Part shown: piece after piece, positions 37,502 through 50,916 of the stretch | Position numbering within the stretch: the stretch's first letter is position 1 | How the letters are laid out: each line of letters begins with the position of its first letter | NCBI RefSeq assembly: GCF_964194155.1 | Contig: NC_135889.1 | Location: 82,708,001 to 82,772,000, forward strand | Source: Cetorhinus maximus | Lineage: Eukaryota | DNA: 64,000 bases | Direction: 5' to 3' | Notes under the pieces: generated by a model | Databases searched by the model: none | Seen by the model: only the letters and a program-made list of their open reading frames with translations | Told to the model about the DNA's origin: nothing | Position numbers and translations under genes: made by a program

Positions 37502-39359
37502 TTAATAATCTTAAGTACCTTCTGTTTGCTTTGTGTTCTCTAATTATCCCACTATTGATCCACCTACATTCCCTTTGGTATGGACAGGGTGAAGCGCTGG
37601 GTAACTTTTCCCCTTTCCCCTCACCTAGGTCACACAAAACAAGATGTACATTTTAGAAGGAGTGTTTTAAACCTTTTGAGTCTCATGGCTTTAAATTAGC
37701 CATTCTCTCACTGCCTGAGTTGACTGGTTGTTGGGCAGGGTTCTGTACTTCTTGCTGGGTGGTGGTTCCCTGTGTGCTCTTTGTCCCAGACTGAATTGCC
37801 CCTATCTGTCCTTGGAATAATAAGATGCATTATTTCTAGTCAATTTCAATTATGTGACCACATGATCAACACTTCTATTATCCACAAAAATGATACTATG
37901 GCCAAAGCTATTGCTATACAATGGAGAATCAATGTTAGTCAATCACACCTGCTTGTGATAAACTGGTTTCTTCATGTCTCTCTGCAAGGTTTTGGGTTCA
38001 CAGGCACTGAATGTGGGGGACATTGTATTTGAATTTCTGAAATTATCTGACAATAGAAGCTGTAAATTCCACAAGTGTTCTTGTATGGCAAATGTCTTTT
38101 CAAGGGAGTGCACTCCACTCACAGACATTTACATTTCCAGAGACAGGAGTTAGTTCTTGTCAGTGCATAAATGGCAAAAGTCACCTGACCACACCCCCCA
38201 CCCCCAAACCCCCCTCCCACCCCCGCCCCCTGGATGCCATCTTGGGTCAAGGTAAATTGTCCATATGCCATGTAGTTCTTTTATTTTATAAGTATAAATA
38301 TCTATTATCTTTGTACGTTCAAGGTATAAACATGATATGACATGTTTCCCTTCACTTCAAAAGTGTTTAATTCACTGTGACACATCTTGAGATAGCCCGA
38401 GGATGTGAAAGATACCGTGTAAATGCAACTTTTTACTTTTTTTTTCTTAAGATGTCAGAGGCAAGGATCAGCGGTAAATGATTTAGGGGAGCTGGCTGGA
38501 GAGAATTCAGCTAACTATGTTTTCAGGAGGATTTAAAGATGGAAAGGGAAGTAGCAAGGTGAAATGTTTATTGAGGAAGTTCTAGTTGGTAGGGCCTAGA
38601 CAGCTGAAAGCTTTTTCATCAAGTGAGGAATGTGGGTAGATGGGATACACACGAGTTCAGACATGAAGAATGCCTCTTGGGGTATTGAGCTGGAGGAGTT
38701 TACAGCATTAGAGTAAGTGAGGCCCTGAAGAAAATGATAAACAAAGAGAAAGACAGTTAGGATAAATGTGATAGGTGAGTGAAATTTAGTGCATAACAAG
38801 TTTTCTAGGTTTTGGACATGTTATAGGGAGTGGTTTAGGAAGCCAGAAAAGAGAGCATTCAAGATATTGTGACTTGAAATAACAAAATTATAGATAAACA
38901 TTTCAACAGTGTGAGGGAAAATGAAGGGATTGATGGTGGGTGTGGGGGGTGGGGGGAAGGAATGTCACCCAGGCTAATGCACACTTTTTTGGTATAAAAA
39001 CCGAAAATGCTGGCAATACTCAGCAAATCTGAAAGCATCAGTAGAGAGAGAAACAGAGTTAACATTTCAGGTTGTGACCTTCGAACAGAACTAACATTCT
39101 TGCTGTTAGATTGAAAAGTGAGATTAAAAGCTCAGCTCAGTTTGAACAAGACAGAAAGGATCTTAACTGCCAGTGAGAAATGTCTGAATTCAATTGGTTT
39201 CCTGTTTTCCCCAGCAATATGAAGCTACAGCAACCTTAATGTCTGAGCCTCTGTTTCTTCATCATTAGAATGGACAGAAAGTAGGTGAGAGATGGCTATT
39301 TGTCTGTGGATAATCAGGCAGAGTTTGGTCGTTTACTGGTTCATTTTGGAGTGTAATTA

Positions 39360-39700
39360 CTAATCTTCTGCAGGAAAATGCTGCAGTCAATTTGTGCTCA
39401 GCAAGGTTGCACAAACAGCAATGCGAGGAATGATCAGTTAATCTATTTCTCGTATTGTTTAGTATACCTGGTCAACTCTCCCACTCAGTGTCAAAGAGTT
39501 GCATAGGGTCTTTTATATCAATTTGACAAGAATCCTTTTTTGTTTAACAGCTGATCCAAAAGACAGTACCTCCAACACTGCAGCAGTCCTTTAGTACTAC
39601 ACTCAAATGTCAGCCTAGATAGTGTGATCAAGACCTGTAGTGGGACTTGAACTTAATCTTCTGATTCAAAGCCAAGAATGATACAGCTGAGCCAAAGCTA
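39360..39700 (-). mobile_element. Deu-domain SINE
   Basis: tagtactacactcaaatgtcagcctagat...gtgggacttgaac core. Confidence 0.65.
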
Positions 39701-39730
39701 CCAGTAAAACTATCTTCCTTTAAATGCTAC

Positions 39731-40200
39731 TGTCGGGGTGGCTAAGATCTCACACTCTATATTTTTACAAATAAATATATATATATATGGCTAATTTCTA
39801 AAATGTTTTAAACTGGACAATGACCTTTTAAAATGGCTGAAGCTATGCCTGTCTGTGACCCTGGACTCATGCGAAACAATAATACTTTTCTCTGTGGTCT
39901 TTACCCTGTAGATCTTTCTTTTCTCTATTCCTCTTTTGCTGAATGAGTGAAAAAAGAGGCAACATTGCTACCCTCCTCCCATTTTTGAGTGTGTGTAACT
40001 AAACTAACCCTCTGAGTTCACCTTATCATGAGTTTGCTGTGGGGTTATTAATAGAAATTGGAGCACACCAAAACTGAGGGGTAGGGAAACACAACATCGC
40101 TTATAAAGGGGGAAGCAAATCAAATACCTTTCTGTTTATGGACGGGTGGTGAAAGAAGAAATCAGTGACGTTTAAATTAATCCCCCTTATGTCCATAACA
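39731..40200. mobile_element. Solo-LTR-like insertion (470 bp)
   Basis: TGTC...TAACA ends; flanks GCTAC and GTTAC (one mismatch). Confidence 0.45.
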
Positions 40201-40215
40201 GTTACTATAAGTCAG

Positions 40216-40523
40216 ACGGCAGCATTTTCCCCCTGTTGGGTGAGGTTTCATGCTTTTTCAGAAGGCTGCCTGGGCTCTTCGCCTGCCCGCCAACCTTAAG
40301 GTTGGATGGGCAAGTCCATTAATCATTTCAATTACTTTTTAATGGCCTCAATAGGCCGTTGACAGGTCGGCGGGTGCGCAGCCAAGTCAGCTGCGCACCC
40401 GATGAACTGAAAATCTAAATAACGGGGGGAGACATCGGGACGCATGTCCGACGTCACCCGGCGTCATCTTACGCGTTGGCGAGCGGGCCCGGCCCCTTGC
40501 TCGCCAACTGGAAAAAGCTGCCC
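40216..40523. mobile_element. Internally deleted copy of the Harbinger MITE
   Basis: GGCAGCATTTTCCCC ... GGAAAAAGCTGCCC; matches the right half of 35512-36201. Confidence 0.75.
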
Positions 40524-42204
40524 ATCGATCCTGACATGCTTCAAGAAAAAATAATTTTTCCAATGACTTTTCATCAAATAGAACATATAAAGGAAATTAT
40601 ATAAATAGATATACTAACAAATCAACACATAGGTTTTTAACAACTACATGTAAAACTGCGAGATGAAGAACTAAAATATAAGGAATTCTGTAGAAAAAAT
40701 ATGAAAAACAATGATTTTTACTTGGTTCATATAATTCAAATTCTGTATTATTTTTATCTGTCCTTGAAGATAGTTTGTTCCTTCGCCACCACCTCAAGTG
40801 AATATTAAAGATGCCCCTAAAGTATTAATATGCTTTATGTGTCCAGCATATATGGTGATGATGGTGATGGAATTGGAAAGTTAAGTCTCAAGGCACATGT
40901 GCAACATACAAAAAATGCAAGTCTGTAATTTACAATTTATCTTTAAAGTGTTAAATTTCCACCCTTCTTATTCTATTGGCATGCCCAGGAATAGAGACAT
41001 CTGAGAAATAAAGCGCAGGCAGATTAAATGCAGCCTCCGTTAAGCCATTTTAAAATTGACTCAGCTGCAGATCCTTGAGGTTGAGCTGGGATGACTGCCT
41101 GATGATTTTTCTCTCTGTGAGGAAGCAGCTGGGCTGTGGCAAGAACATAAACTCTGAAGTTCATGGAAATTATGGCTTGACACTTTAAAGGATCAGATTT
41201 GTGTATGCATACATTTAAATGTCAAATGGCTGTTGGAGCTGTACATTTATTTTGTCCTAATTTACAGTATTTTCAACATTGCTAGCATTCTGTACTGGGT
41301 GAACTCAATATGAATAAAAGTACTGTTTACAGCCCTTGCAATCTTTCAAAATTATGTTTAGTAAGTATTTTGTATAAACTTCTGTTAAAATATTTGTACA
41401 CGTAAATGTTGCGCTATGATTGTATTAAGCTATTGAACTATTGGATAAATTCAGTGCGGAAAATATTTTGTCACATTAATTGTTAATGCTTTAACCATTC
41501 ATAATTCAGGCAAACATCATGAATTATGTTTGGTCTTGTGAAGTCAAAGCAATCAAATTGATATTACTGACCATCAAAGTGAAAGTTAGATGTATGAAGC
41601 ATTGGCTTGTATGAAGAAACTGGGTGGTGCGGTTAGTGAGAATACTATCGTCTCATTTATAAAACCAAGGAGCAGACTGGCTCCAAGAGAAATCAGATGG
41701 TTTCCTGAGTGCCTCATGCATGGTTCGGTATCCCTTTTCCCAAAAGAGCCCAGTATTCTTTCAGGGGATTCGGTCCAACCTGCTGACATCTCCATTCGAA
41801 TCTAACACAGAACCGAATGTAAGTAAGCCTTGGAGACATAATTAACCCTAATAATCACCACAACTCATCTGAATTCATGAAAATAATAACGTATTAGATT
41901 TTAATTTCAGAGAATGAGTAACAGTGTAAAAAAAAAGTTTGCACATTCAATTAAATAACTAATGCTGACTGAAGTTCTCCTATTATTATATAGCAGTTAG
42001 TATACCCTCACTGGCCAAATTCAAAAGAATGGTTGCTTGAGTGAGGTACAGGAGGCTCATCACTACCTGGGGGACTGTGCCAACATTAATCTTCAACTTT
42101 AGGATAGAGGTAAGGGTAGAAAATCTGGGAAAATGAATCCAAACAATTCCTGTGCCAGTGCTCTTTCATCAAGAATGATATGCAACAGGTTACATGCTTG
42201 CATA

Positions 42205-43870
42205 TGTCAGTTGTGACTCAGTCGGTAACATTCTTGCCTCTGAGTCAGAAAGTTGTTGGTTCAAGTCCCACTACATAACCTAAACAAAAGCAATACGTGC
42301 AGCACAGGCACACCTTCTTACTAAGGCTGAGGCTCTGTTGGATGCAGAAGGGAAGTATAATATTATTTCAAAGACAGACAGGGGAGCTATCCCCAGTTTC
42401 CAGGCTAATATCTGTCCCTCGATCAACATCACAAAGCCAGATTAATGGGCTGTAACCTCCAAGCTCCAGGGCGTTGTATTTGGGGGGTACCCCAAAGATG
42501 TGCTGTGGAAAGTCCCCACCCCTGCTCCCTCACCCACCTCCAGAGGTTCCCAGGTAAGGTTTGCATGGCAATTGTCTGAGAAACACAAACTCCCATGGGC
42601 AATTGCCCTGCGCTCGGAACCATCTGAAAATTGCAATTTAAGTCGCAAATTTTAGATGGTTCTGACTGTGTTACATCAATAGTTACCAAGAAAAACTTCG
42701 ATGAATTAAAACCATGTCTACCTCCTGGGCAACTACTGTACAGACACACACTGCCTCCTCTCACAGAACTTCTCTCACACCCCCAAACATCGGAGTTCAT
42801 CTCCACAGGACTCCCCTTCCCCACCCACTGGATTCCCCACCCCCACTAAACAGGACAAATCCCCATGGAATTCCCCCACACTCCTCCATGGGACTGTCGC
42901 AACTTCCCCACGAGACTCCCAATTGAATTTCCCTTAACCCCCGAATACCACCACCCCTAAGCCAGACCCAACCTGACCCCACCCCACCCCTCCAAGGCCT
43001 GGGCCAAGACGGCCCCACAAGGCCTGGCCTGCCCCGATCTGACCTCCCCCCGCATCAAGGCCTGGCCAAACCGCCCCCCCCCACCCCTAGGCACGGCCCA
43101 ACTCAATCCTCCTTCTCAAGGCCCAGCCAGACCCCACTGGACCCCACTCCCACCCCAACCTGACCAGACCCACCCCAGGGCCCGACCCCATCCGACAGAA
43201 CCATCCCCAAGACCCGACCCCACCCACCCCACCCCCCGGCTCCCCCAAGGCCCGTCCTGGCCTGGGCTGGCCCAGTCCAACTGGAATCCCTCCCCAAGGC
43301 CCGACCAACCCAACTGGACTTCCTCCACCCCCACTAAGGTCAGACTCAACATGACCTGGCCCTCCCAGCAAGGCCCGGCCCAACCAGACCCACCCCGATG
43401 CCTGACCTGACCAACCCCCACCCCCTTACCAAAATCCTACCCACTTACCTTGTACACTTACCTTGACAAAGACCTCTAAACCTGGCTGGACCTTTAAATT
43501 TACCTGGTTTACGGCAGCTAATGCCATGAAAAAGAGGGCACAGCTTACCTACCTGACTCTACAGCCCTCGACACTAGGCCCTGGGAACGTGCTGCACTGC
43601 CCAGATCCCTCCCATCCTGGGTTGGGAGGTCGGGCGAGATAGGATTGGCTGGATTTTCAGGTAAGAACATTCGAGCAGAGTGGCAATCCAACTCAATTCC
43701 CACTCCATCGGAAGTTACGGCCCATTATCTTATTGCATTTTTTGGGAGGTTGTGTGCAAATTACCTGATGTGTTACATCAGTAACCACTCTTCAAATGTA
43801 CTTCATTGGCTGTAGAGTGCTTTGGACAGCCTGAAGCTGATAAAGGTGCTTTATAAATGCAAGTTTTTTT
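42205..43870 (+). mobile_element. Deu-domain SINE split by a TIR element
   Basis: tRNA-like head tgactcagtcggta...ggttcaagtccc; tail tacttcattggctgtagagtgctttgg...ataaatgcaagtttttt. Confidence 0.7.
42447..43723. mobile_element. 1.28-kb non-autonomous TIR element with C-rich interior (Harbinger-like ends)
   Basis: GGGCTGTAACCTCC ... GGAAGTTACGGCCC; flanks AAT and ATT. Confidence 0.75.
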
Positions 43871-43944
43871 TTATTATGCAAACAGCTGATTGGGCTGGGA
43901 ATTCTAGGGTTGACTGTCATTATGGCTTATGGCTTAGTAAAAAA

Positions 43945-45340
43945 ATTGTAGCATAATGGTAATGTTACTGAGTTTGTAATCTAGAAGCCTGGGTTAATGC
44001 TCTGGTGATGTGAGTTCAAATCCCACCATGGTAGCTTGGGGAATTTTATTTAATAAATATGGAATAGAAAGCTAGTCTCAGCAATGATAATTACAAAACT
44101 ACTGCATTGTCATAAAACCTGCCTGGCTCATTAATATCCTCAGGGAAAAAAATCTGCCATGCTTATGTCTGGTCAGGCCTACATGCGAGTGTACTATCCT
44201 CATTTCTAGAACCAAAGGGCAGACTGGCTCAAATTTATTAGAGTCCTTTGAGGATGTAACAACCAGGGTGGAAAAAAGATGAACAATTAGATGTAGTGTA
44301 TTTGGATTTCAGGATGGCATTCAATGCAATGCTACATAAATGGTTACTACACAATATGTATAGCACACAAAATAATATTGGGAGTGATATATTAACATGA
44401 TAGAGGATTGGCTAACTAACAGGAAACATATAGTTGAGATAAATGGGTCATTTTCAAGTTGGCAAACTGTAACTAGTGGGCTGCCACAGTAATCAGTGCT
44501 AGGCCTCAACAACTTACAATCTATATTTATGACTTGGATGAAGGGACCGAGTGTATTGTAGCCTAATTTACTGATGATACAAAGATAGGTATGAAAGCAG
44601 GCGGTGAGGAGAACACAAAGAGACTGCAAAGGAATATAGATAGGTAAAGCGAGGGGACAAAAATTTGGCACATGGAGTATAATGTTCAGCACCATTCACG
44701 GCTCCTCAGGTACTGAAGCAGTCCATGTCCAAATGCAGTAAGATCTGGACAATATCCAGGCTTGGGCTGATAAGTGGCAAGTAACTTTCATGCCACACAA
44801 GTGCCAGGCAATGACCATCTTCAACAAGAGAGAATCTAACCATCGTCCCTTGCCATTCAATGGCATTACCATCACTGAATCCCCCACTATCAACATTCTG
44901 GGAGTTACCATTGACCTGAAACTGAACTTGACTGGCCATATAAATACTGTGGCTGCAAGAGCAGTCAGGGGCTAGGAATCATGCGGCGAGTATTGTTTCT
45001 CTGGCTGGGATTTTCCGGTCTAGCTGGAAATTCCTGCCAAAAGTCACTGGGCATTTTGTTGGATTGCCAAATTTTCTGTCCCACCCATACTGGATCTGGA
45101 AAATCCCTGTCTCTGTGTTTTTCCAACCAAAATGAATCACTTCACACTTCTCTGCATTAACTCTCATCTGCCACTTGTTTACCAATTTCACCAACTTATA
45201 AAACTTCCTTTTGAAGTTCTACACTACCCTCCTCACAGTCCACAATACTTACAAGTTTTGTGCTGTCTGCAAATTTTAAAATTGTGCCCTGTACATGAAG
45301 GTCTACGCCATTAATATATATAAGGAAGAGTAGAGGTCCT
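43945..45340. mobile_element. Cluster: tRNA-SINE remnant, CR1 RT (+, 44230-44685), second CR1-group LINE piece (+, 44686-44990), short MITE (about 45003-45110), CR1 (-)
   Basis: 44686-44990 closely matches 5775-6070; MRVNAEKCEVIHFG on minus strand; GGCTGGGATTTTCC...GGAAAATCCCTGTC. Confidence 0.75.
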
Positions 45341-45391
45341 AAAACAGTCTAAAACAGGTGGTATTGAATCAGCAACCCGTTATTGAATTCC

Positions 45392-45597
45392 AGTACTGTG
45401 CCTTCTCTGAAATCAGTAATTTGTGCATTGTGTGTTCTCTGAAATTAGTCTGAGCACTGTGCATTCTGTGATATCAGTAGTGTCAACACTGTGCACTCTG
45501 TGATATCAGTAGTGTCAACACTGCGCACTCGGTGATATCAGTAGTGTGTACACTGTGTTCTCTAAAATCAGTAGTGTGCACACTATGCGTTCTCTGG
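45392..45597. repeat. 30-32-bp minisatellite, about 6 copies
   Basis: Unit cactgtgcactctgtgatatcagtagtgtcaa at 45455, 45487, 45519, 45551 and 45581. Confidence 0.85.
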
Positions 45598-45789
45598 CAA
45601 GGCTATGCCATCCATAACCTAAGCAAGAACACAGAGATGGGTGTTGATTCTGGCAGCGTATGAGTATACTTTCATCCACAGGCCTTGAAATCAGACTGTA
45701 AACGCTAATGCACTTAGTCGTTTGCGTTTGAAAGAAAACGATGAGGATATTCCAGTTCCTCAAGAACTCATTTTATTATTGACCTTCTT

Positions 45790-47096
45790 AGATTAATCAC
45801 CAATATGTGCTAGCCAGGTCAGAGATTGGACAAATTGAGACCCGGCCTTATCCAAAATACGAGGACAAGTTCTTCACAGTTGGTCACAAGACCAGGAACC
45901 TGATGAAATGAAACCGTATTTTCACTGAAGGTATGAGATAACCAGCCAGGATGGTATCTGATTGTGCGGAGCTCGAGTGATTGTTCCTCCAAAAGGTCGA
46001 AAGCCTTTGGTAACTGAGCTACATAGTGCAGATCCAGGCATTTCCTGAATGAAGGTCATAGCACGTAGCTATCTATGGTGGCCGGGAATGGATGGAGAAA
46101 TAGAGAGCTTAATGAAAAGTTGTATGCCGTGTCAGCAAGTGCAAATGTTACCTCCAGCAGCTCTGTTACACCCTTGGGAGTAGCCAGGAAGGCCATGGGT
46201 GCGATTACGTATTGACTATGTGGGACCTTTTATGGGAACAATGTTTCTCCTTATTATTGATGCTCACTCAAACTGGATGGACATATATGAGGTGAAGTCA
46301 CCAACACCTTCTGCTACAATTGACAAGCTACGACAAAGTTTCACCATCAACGGACTACGAGAAGTGATCGTATCAGATAATGGCACTGCATTACGAGTGC
46401 TGAGTTTCAATGGTTTATCAGCCTCAACTGCATCACTCAAGTAAAAACTTCACTGTACCGCCCTTCATCGAATGGACTGGCTAAGAGAATGTTTTCTTTT
46501 CCATCATAGGACCATTCCTCACACGACAACAGCTGTCAGACCTGCGGAATTGTTGATGAAATGCTGTCTCAGAATGAGAGTGAGCTTAATAACACCAAAT
46601 TTATCTGGGAAGGTGGAAAGGAGTTCACCAAAGAACCTGATGTTTGGACAACAACAGAAAATGAGATTCCTAACAAAGCATCTGAAGCTGTGGAGCTGAG
46701 ATGTTCTACACACACTAGGAAACCCCCAGAAAGACTGAATTTGTGAATTACTTATCTGTGTAAATAATTTGATATTTTGAGAAAAATTGTAACTGTAAAA
46801 AGTATTTCTGAGTAAAGGGGGAGGGATGTGGTAATCTGATATGTTATACACCTTTAAGAAGAATGTTATAATGGAAGATCACATGATCTTAGTTCCAATA
46901 GCAGAGTAACGTGGGCTACCTTAGTAGTCAGTAGGAGTAGTCTAGAGTTAGAGTTTGTAATGTAGAGACAGGGTTTGAGTTGTAAACACACAAGTGTAGC
47001 TGTTGATTTCCTTTGTAAATAAATAGAATGTGTTCTACATAAGAACTATCTGCTGATCTGCTCTGTCTATGGTATCAACTCGGCCATCCTGAAACA
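45790..47096 (+). mobile_element. Gypsy/Ty3 LTR retrotransposon 3' remnant (integrase, PPT, 3' LTR)
   Basis: ARSYLWWPGMDGEIE...CMPCQ zinc-binding region; IDYVGPFMGTMFLLIIDAHSNW, IVSDNG; PPT AAAGGGGGAGGGA 46814-46826; LTR TGTGG...AAACA 46827-47096 containing AATAAA. Confidence 0.88.
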
Positions 47097-48869
47097 AGCG
47101 TGCAACCCGGATCCATTAGTCCAACTAAACTAGTGACCAAGGATCCAACAGCCTCCAAACAACACTGTATCAATACCCCATCTCCTCCCTTACGATGTTT
47201 ATTGCCGAAAAGGGATACTTGCCTGATTCTGTGCTGTGGGCTCTGCTGCAATGTTCCCTGCCCAACAGAATGCCAGACTTACCAATCAGGCTGGCTTCTG
47301 GTCAAGGGACTGGTTAAATAAAAATGCACACACTGTGGAGTTGATGTTTGGGGAAGCATAGCCTCCCATGTTCCCTGACGAGAGACCCTCCCCACTTGGA
47401 AATTTTGCCCAGTAAAAATCAGGCTCTTTGTCTACCATCAGTGATCTCACTGTTCACCCATTTCTCTCAGCTGTAATTAGCTTGCAACAGTGCAATAATA
47501 ATGATGGGAATGGAGTAGGTCATTCCATTGAGGAAAAGTGAATAGCTGGAGCAGAGGGAGAGGCAAAAGTGAAAGGCTCTCAGCAGGAAATGAAAGGGTG
47601 AACATACAGTGAAGTCCCATAAGATGGAAGGACTGGGGACAGTAGTGGGAAGAGGAAATGGTGCAAAAGCCACAGGGCAAAAGCTTTGGGACCAGCTGAT
47701 AGTCGGGTAATGAAGAAAGAGGCAGAGAGAAAGGCAGGTTGTCCAGCCATTGGATTGAGAGAGCAGTACCAGTAAAGCAGTAGCAGTCTCAAGATTCATA
47801 TGACAGGGAAAGCAACAGCAGGAGATGAATGCACAGAGCAAAAATAATGTGTTTATTTTGAAATGAACTGATAACAACCAATACATTTTTGGAAGGAGTA
47901 GTAATTTTATTAAAAATTAAAAATACTTATAGCAGCCAATGGAGCTAGAGATAAATTTGGCAGAACTTTAACAATAGATTATTATCACTAGTGCCATCAA
48001 TTGACACTGTAGGATTCAGTTTATTTTATTATAGTACTGTTATTGTCATATTCTTAAGTAGATCAGCTAAAGTTGTATTTGATATGTCACATGACCACAA
48101 AAGCATGATAGGTAAACATTGGTTACAGTTCTCTACAAGTCATAACATGCCGAGAAGCGATGAAAAGGACAAATATAAAGATCCTTTGTTTAGAAGTTGT
48201 TAGAATGTGGATAGTCCCAGGGAGGCTGTTAGCCTTTTAACCAGTGACCACTGTAAACATGTCCAGCTAAATAGCTGTGAAACAGGACAAGTGCGTATTA
48301 ATCTTGTTAAGCTCTCATTGTTGATGAATAAACAGCAAGGAAGCAAATCTGGATCCCCCTGATCGACAATGACAATGATCTAAACCAGGCACAAGGCACC
48401 ATCATGGAAGGACAGTAGGTAATGACTGACCAATCAGATGGACAGAAATAGGGTTTTACCTAATATGGCACAGAGCCAAACTGGGAACAATGTATGAAGT
48501 AAGAATTTGTAAGATACTAGGTGCAAATCATCATCAAGAAGAAGAGAAGACAGAAGATAAACTTCCATCAAGAGACAAGGTGGCCAGTCAAGTGGAGTTT
48601 GAAGACCAGTGTTCCATCATGAAGCTGACTGCTGACCACTGCCCTTTGCTAAGTACCATGATTTTGTGCTTATTGTGGAAAACTTAATGATGTCTGTGAA
48701 GCTTGTAGAAACACCCTCATACCCATGTGGTTTTGTTGCTAGTCTGAGCTGGAAGTCACTTTTTGATTAGCTCCCCCAATTTAGTCGGTCATCTAATCGA
48801 CCTAAGCCTTATGATTAAATTTTTAAAAACGCCAGATCTTACACCTTCTCACTATTAACTTGCTCACTG

Positions 48870-49900
48870 ATGTTCAGTTCAGGTTCTAGCTGCCAGACCT
48901 ATTCAATTCAGACCTTGTCACAGTTTTAATCCAGACATGGTCACAATAACTAAATGCCAAAGAGGAGGTGAGGGTAACTCTTCTCAAAGCAAGGCACCAG
49001 TCAACTGAATATGGCACCAAAGAGCTCTAGTAAAACTGAGAGTAATAAAGGTCTAGGGAAAAACTCTCCAATGGCTAGACTCATATCTGACACAAAGGAA
49101 GCAGACCATGTCTTTTGAGACTAGTTGTCAAAGCCCAAGTCATCACTCCCAAGTTCCTTGGGGTTCCATCTTTGATCCTTCCATCTTTAACTGATCTATC
49201 TTCCAATCTATTGTCAAGAGTGGAGTTGTTCACTGATGAATCTACAATGTTCAACTTCATTCACAACTCTTCCAGTGATGCCAGTTTTCAGCATGATCTG
49301 GACATCATCCAGACTTGGGCTGATAAATGACAAATAATAGTCACACCATTTAGCCACCAGACATTATTCATTGCCAACAAGAAAATGACCAATTACTGAC
49401 CCTGACCTACAACAATGTCACTATTAACAAATTTCCTATGGCCAGTGATCCAGGAGTTACCAGAAGCTGAATTGGACTAACCATATCAACAACGTGGCTG
49501 AAAAGTAGAACTTGCTTGCTCTGTGCTCAAGTAGCTGGCTTCCTAATCACTGAAAACCTCTCCATCATCTACAGGCCTCAAGTTAGGAGTATGACAAATT
49601 ACTATTCACTAGGATTACTGAAGCTGCAACAGTGCTCAGAAAGCTCAGTACCATTCAGAACAAAGCAGCCTGTTTGATCAACACTGTCATTGGACTGCAT
49701 ATAACCCTCCACCACCTGACTGACTGTGGCTGCATTATGTACTTTCTATAGTAACCCAGTAAGCTTATTCCAACTTCAAGTTCCTTGACCAGTACTGCCA
49801 AGGATGGTAAGAGCAATAGATTTCCCTTTCTAACATCATTCTGAAAACACCATCAGTGCAAGAAGTGCAACCATTCAATGAGAAGGCCTACCATCATCCT
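48870..49900 (+). mobile_element. Old CR1-group LINE RT remnant
   Basis: FTDE...QHDLDIIQTWADK; diverged homologue of 5355-6164. Confidence 0.7.
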
Positions 49901-50009
49901 TCTTACAGCAAAACAAATGCAATGTTCTTGTTTCTGATAGTGCCCTCAGAATCTTTCCTGTGGTATAAATGGAGCTTTATTTGTCTAAAGAATTATCTAT
50001 CCATTCATT

Positions 50010-50800
50010 GAGTCATAGTTATACAGCACAGAAACAGGCCCTTCGGCCCATCATGTCCGTGCTGGCCATCAAGCACCTATCTATTCTAATCCCATTTTCT
50101 AGCACTTGGCCCATAGCCCTGTATGCTATGGCATTTCAAGTGTTCATCTAAATACTTCTTAAATGTTGTGAGGGTTCCTGCTTCTACCAGCCCCTCAGGC
50201 AGTGTGTTCCAGATTCTAACCACCCCCTGGGTGAAAAATGTTTTCCTCAAATCCCCTCTAAACCTCCTGCCACTTACCTTAAATTTATGCCTCCTGGTTA
50301 TTGACACCTCCGCTAAGGGGAAAAGTTTCTTCCTATCAACCCTATCTATGCCCCTCATAATTTTGTGTACATCCATCAGATCCCCCCTCAGCTTTCTCTG
50401 CTCTAAGGAAAACAACCCTAGCCTATCCAATCTCTCTTCATAGCTGAAATGCTCCAGCCCAAGCAACGTCCTGGTGAATCTCCCCTGCACCCTCTCTAGT
50501 GCACTCACATCCCATAGTGTGACAACCAGACCTGCACACAGTACTCCAGGTGTGGCCTAACTAGCATTCTATACAGCTCCAACATAACCTCCCTGCTCTT
50601 GTATTCAATGCCTCGGCTAATAAAGACAAGTATCCCATATGCCCTCTTAACCACCTTATTTACCTGTGCTGCTTGCCTTCAGGGATCCATGGACATATAC
50701 ACCAAGGTCCCTCTGATCCTTTGTGCTTCCTAGGGTACTACCATTCATTGTGTATTCCCTTGCCAAGTTAGCCCTCCCAAAATGTATCACCTCACACTTC
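50010..50800 (-). mobile_element. CR1 LINE 3' end
   Basis: LERVQGRFTR...SYEERLDRLGLFSLEQRKLRGDL...FFTQGVVRIWNTLP. Confidence 0.92.
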
Positions 50801-50916
50801 TTGTTGCACAAGAAATTATAACAATTGTAATTATTTATTTATTGCACTTATTTCTAATTTTTACTCTGACTGGAGGGATTCAAACATGGAATTGTAGAAA
50901 AACACTAATTTGGGAG

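Noticed and set aside
42797-43421. Gly/Trp-rich minus-strand ORFs
   Set aside because: Translation of the G-rich strand of a low-complexity transposon interior
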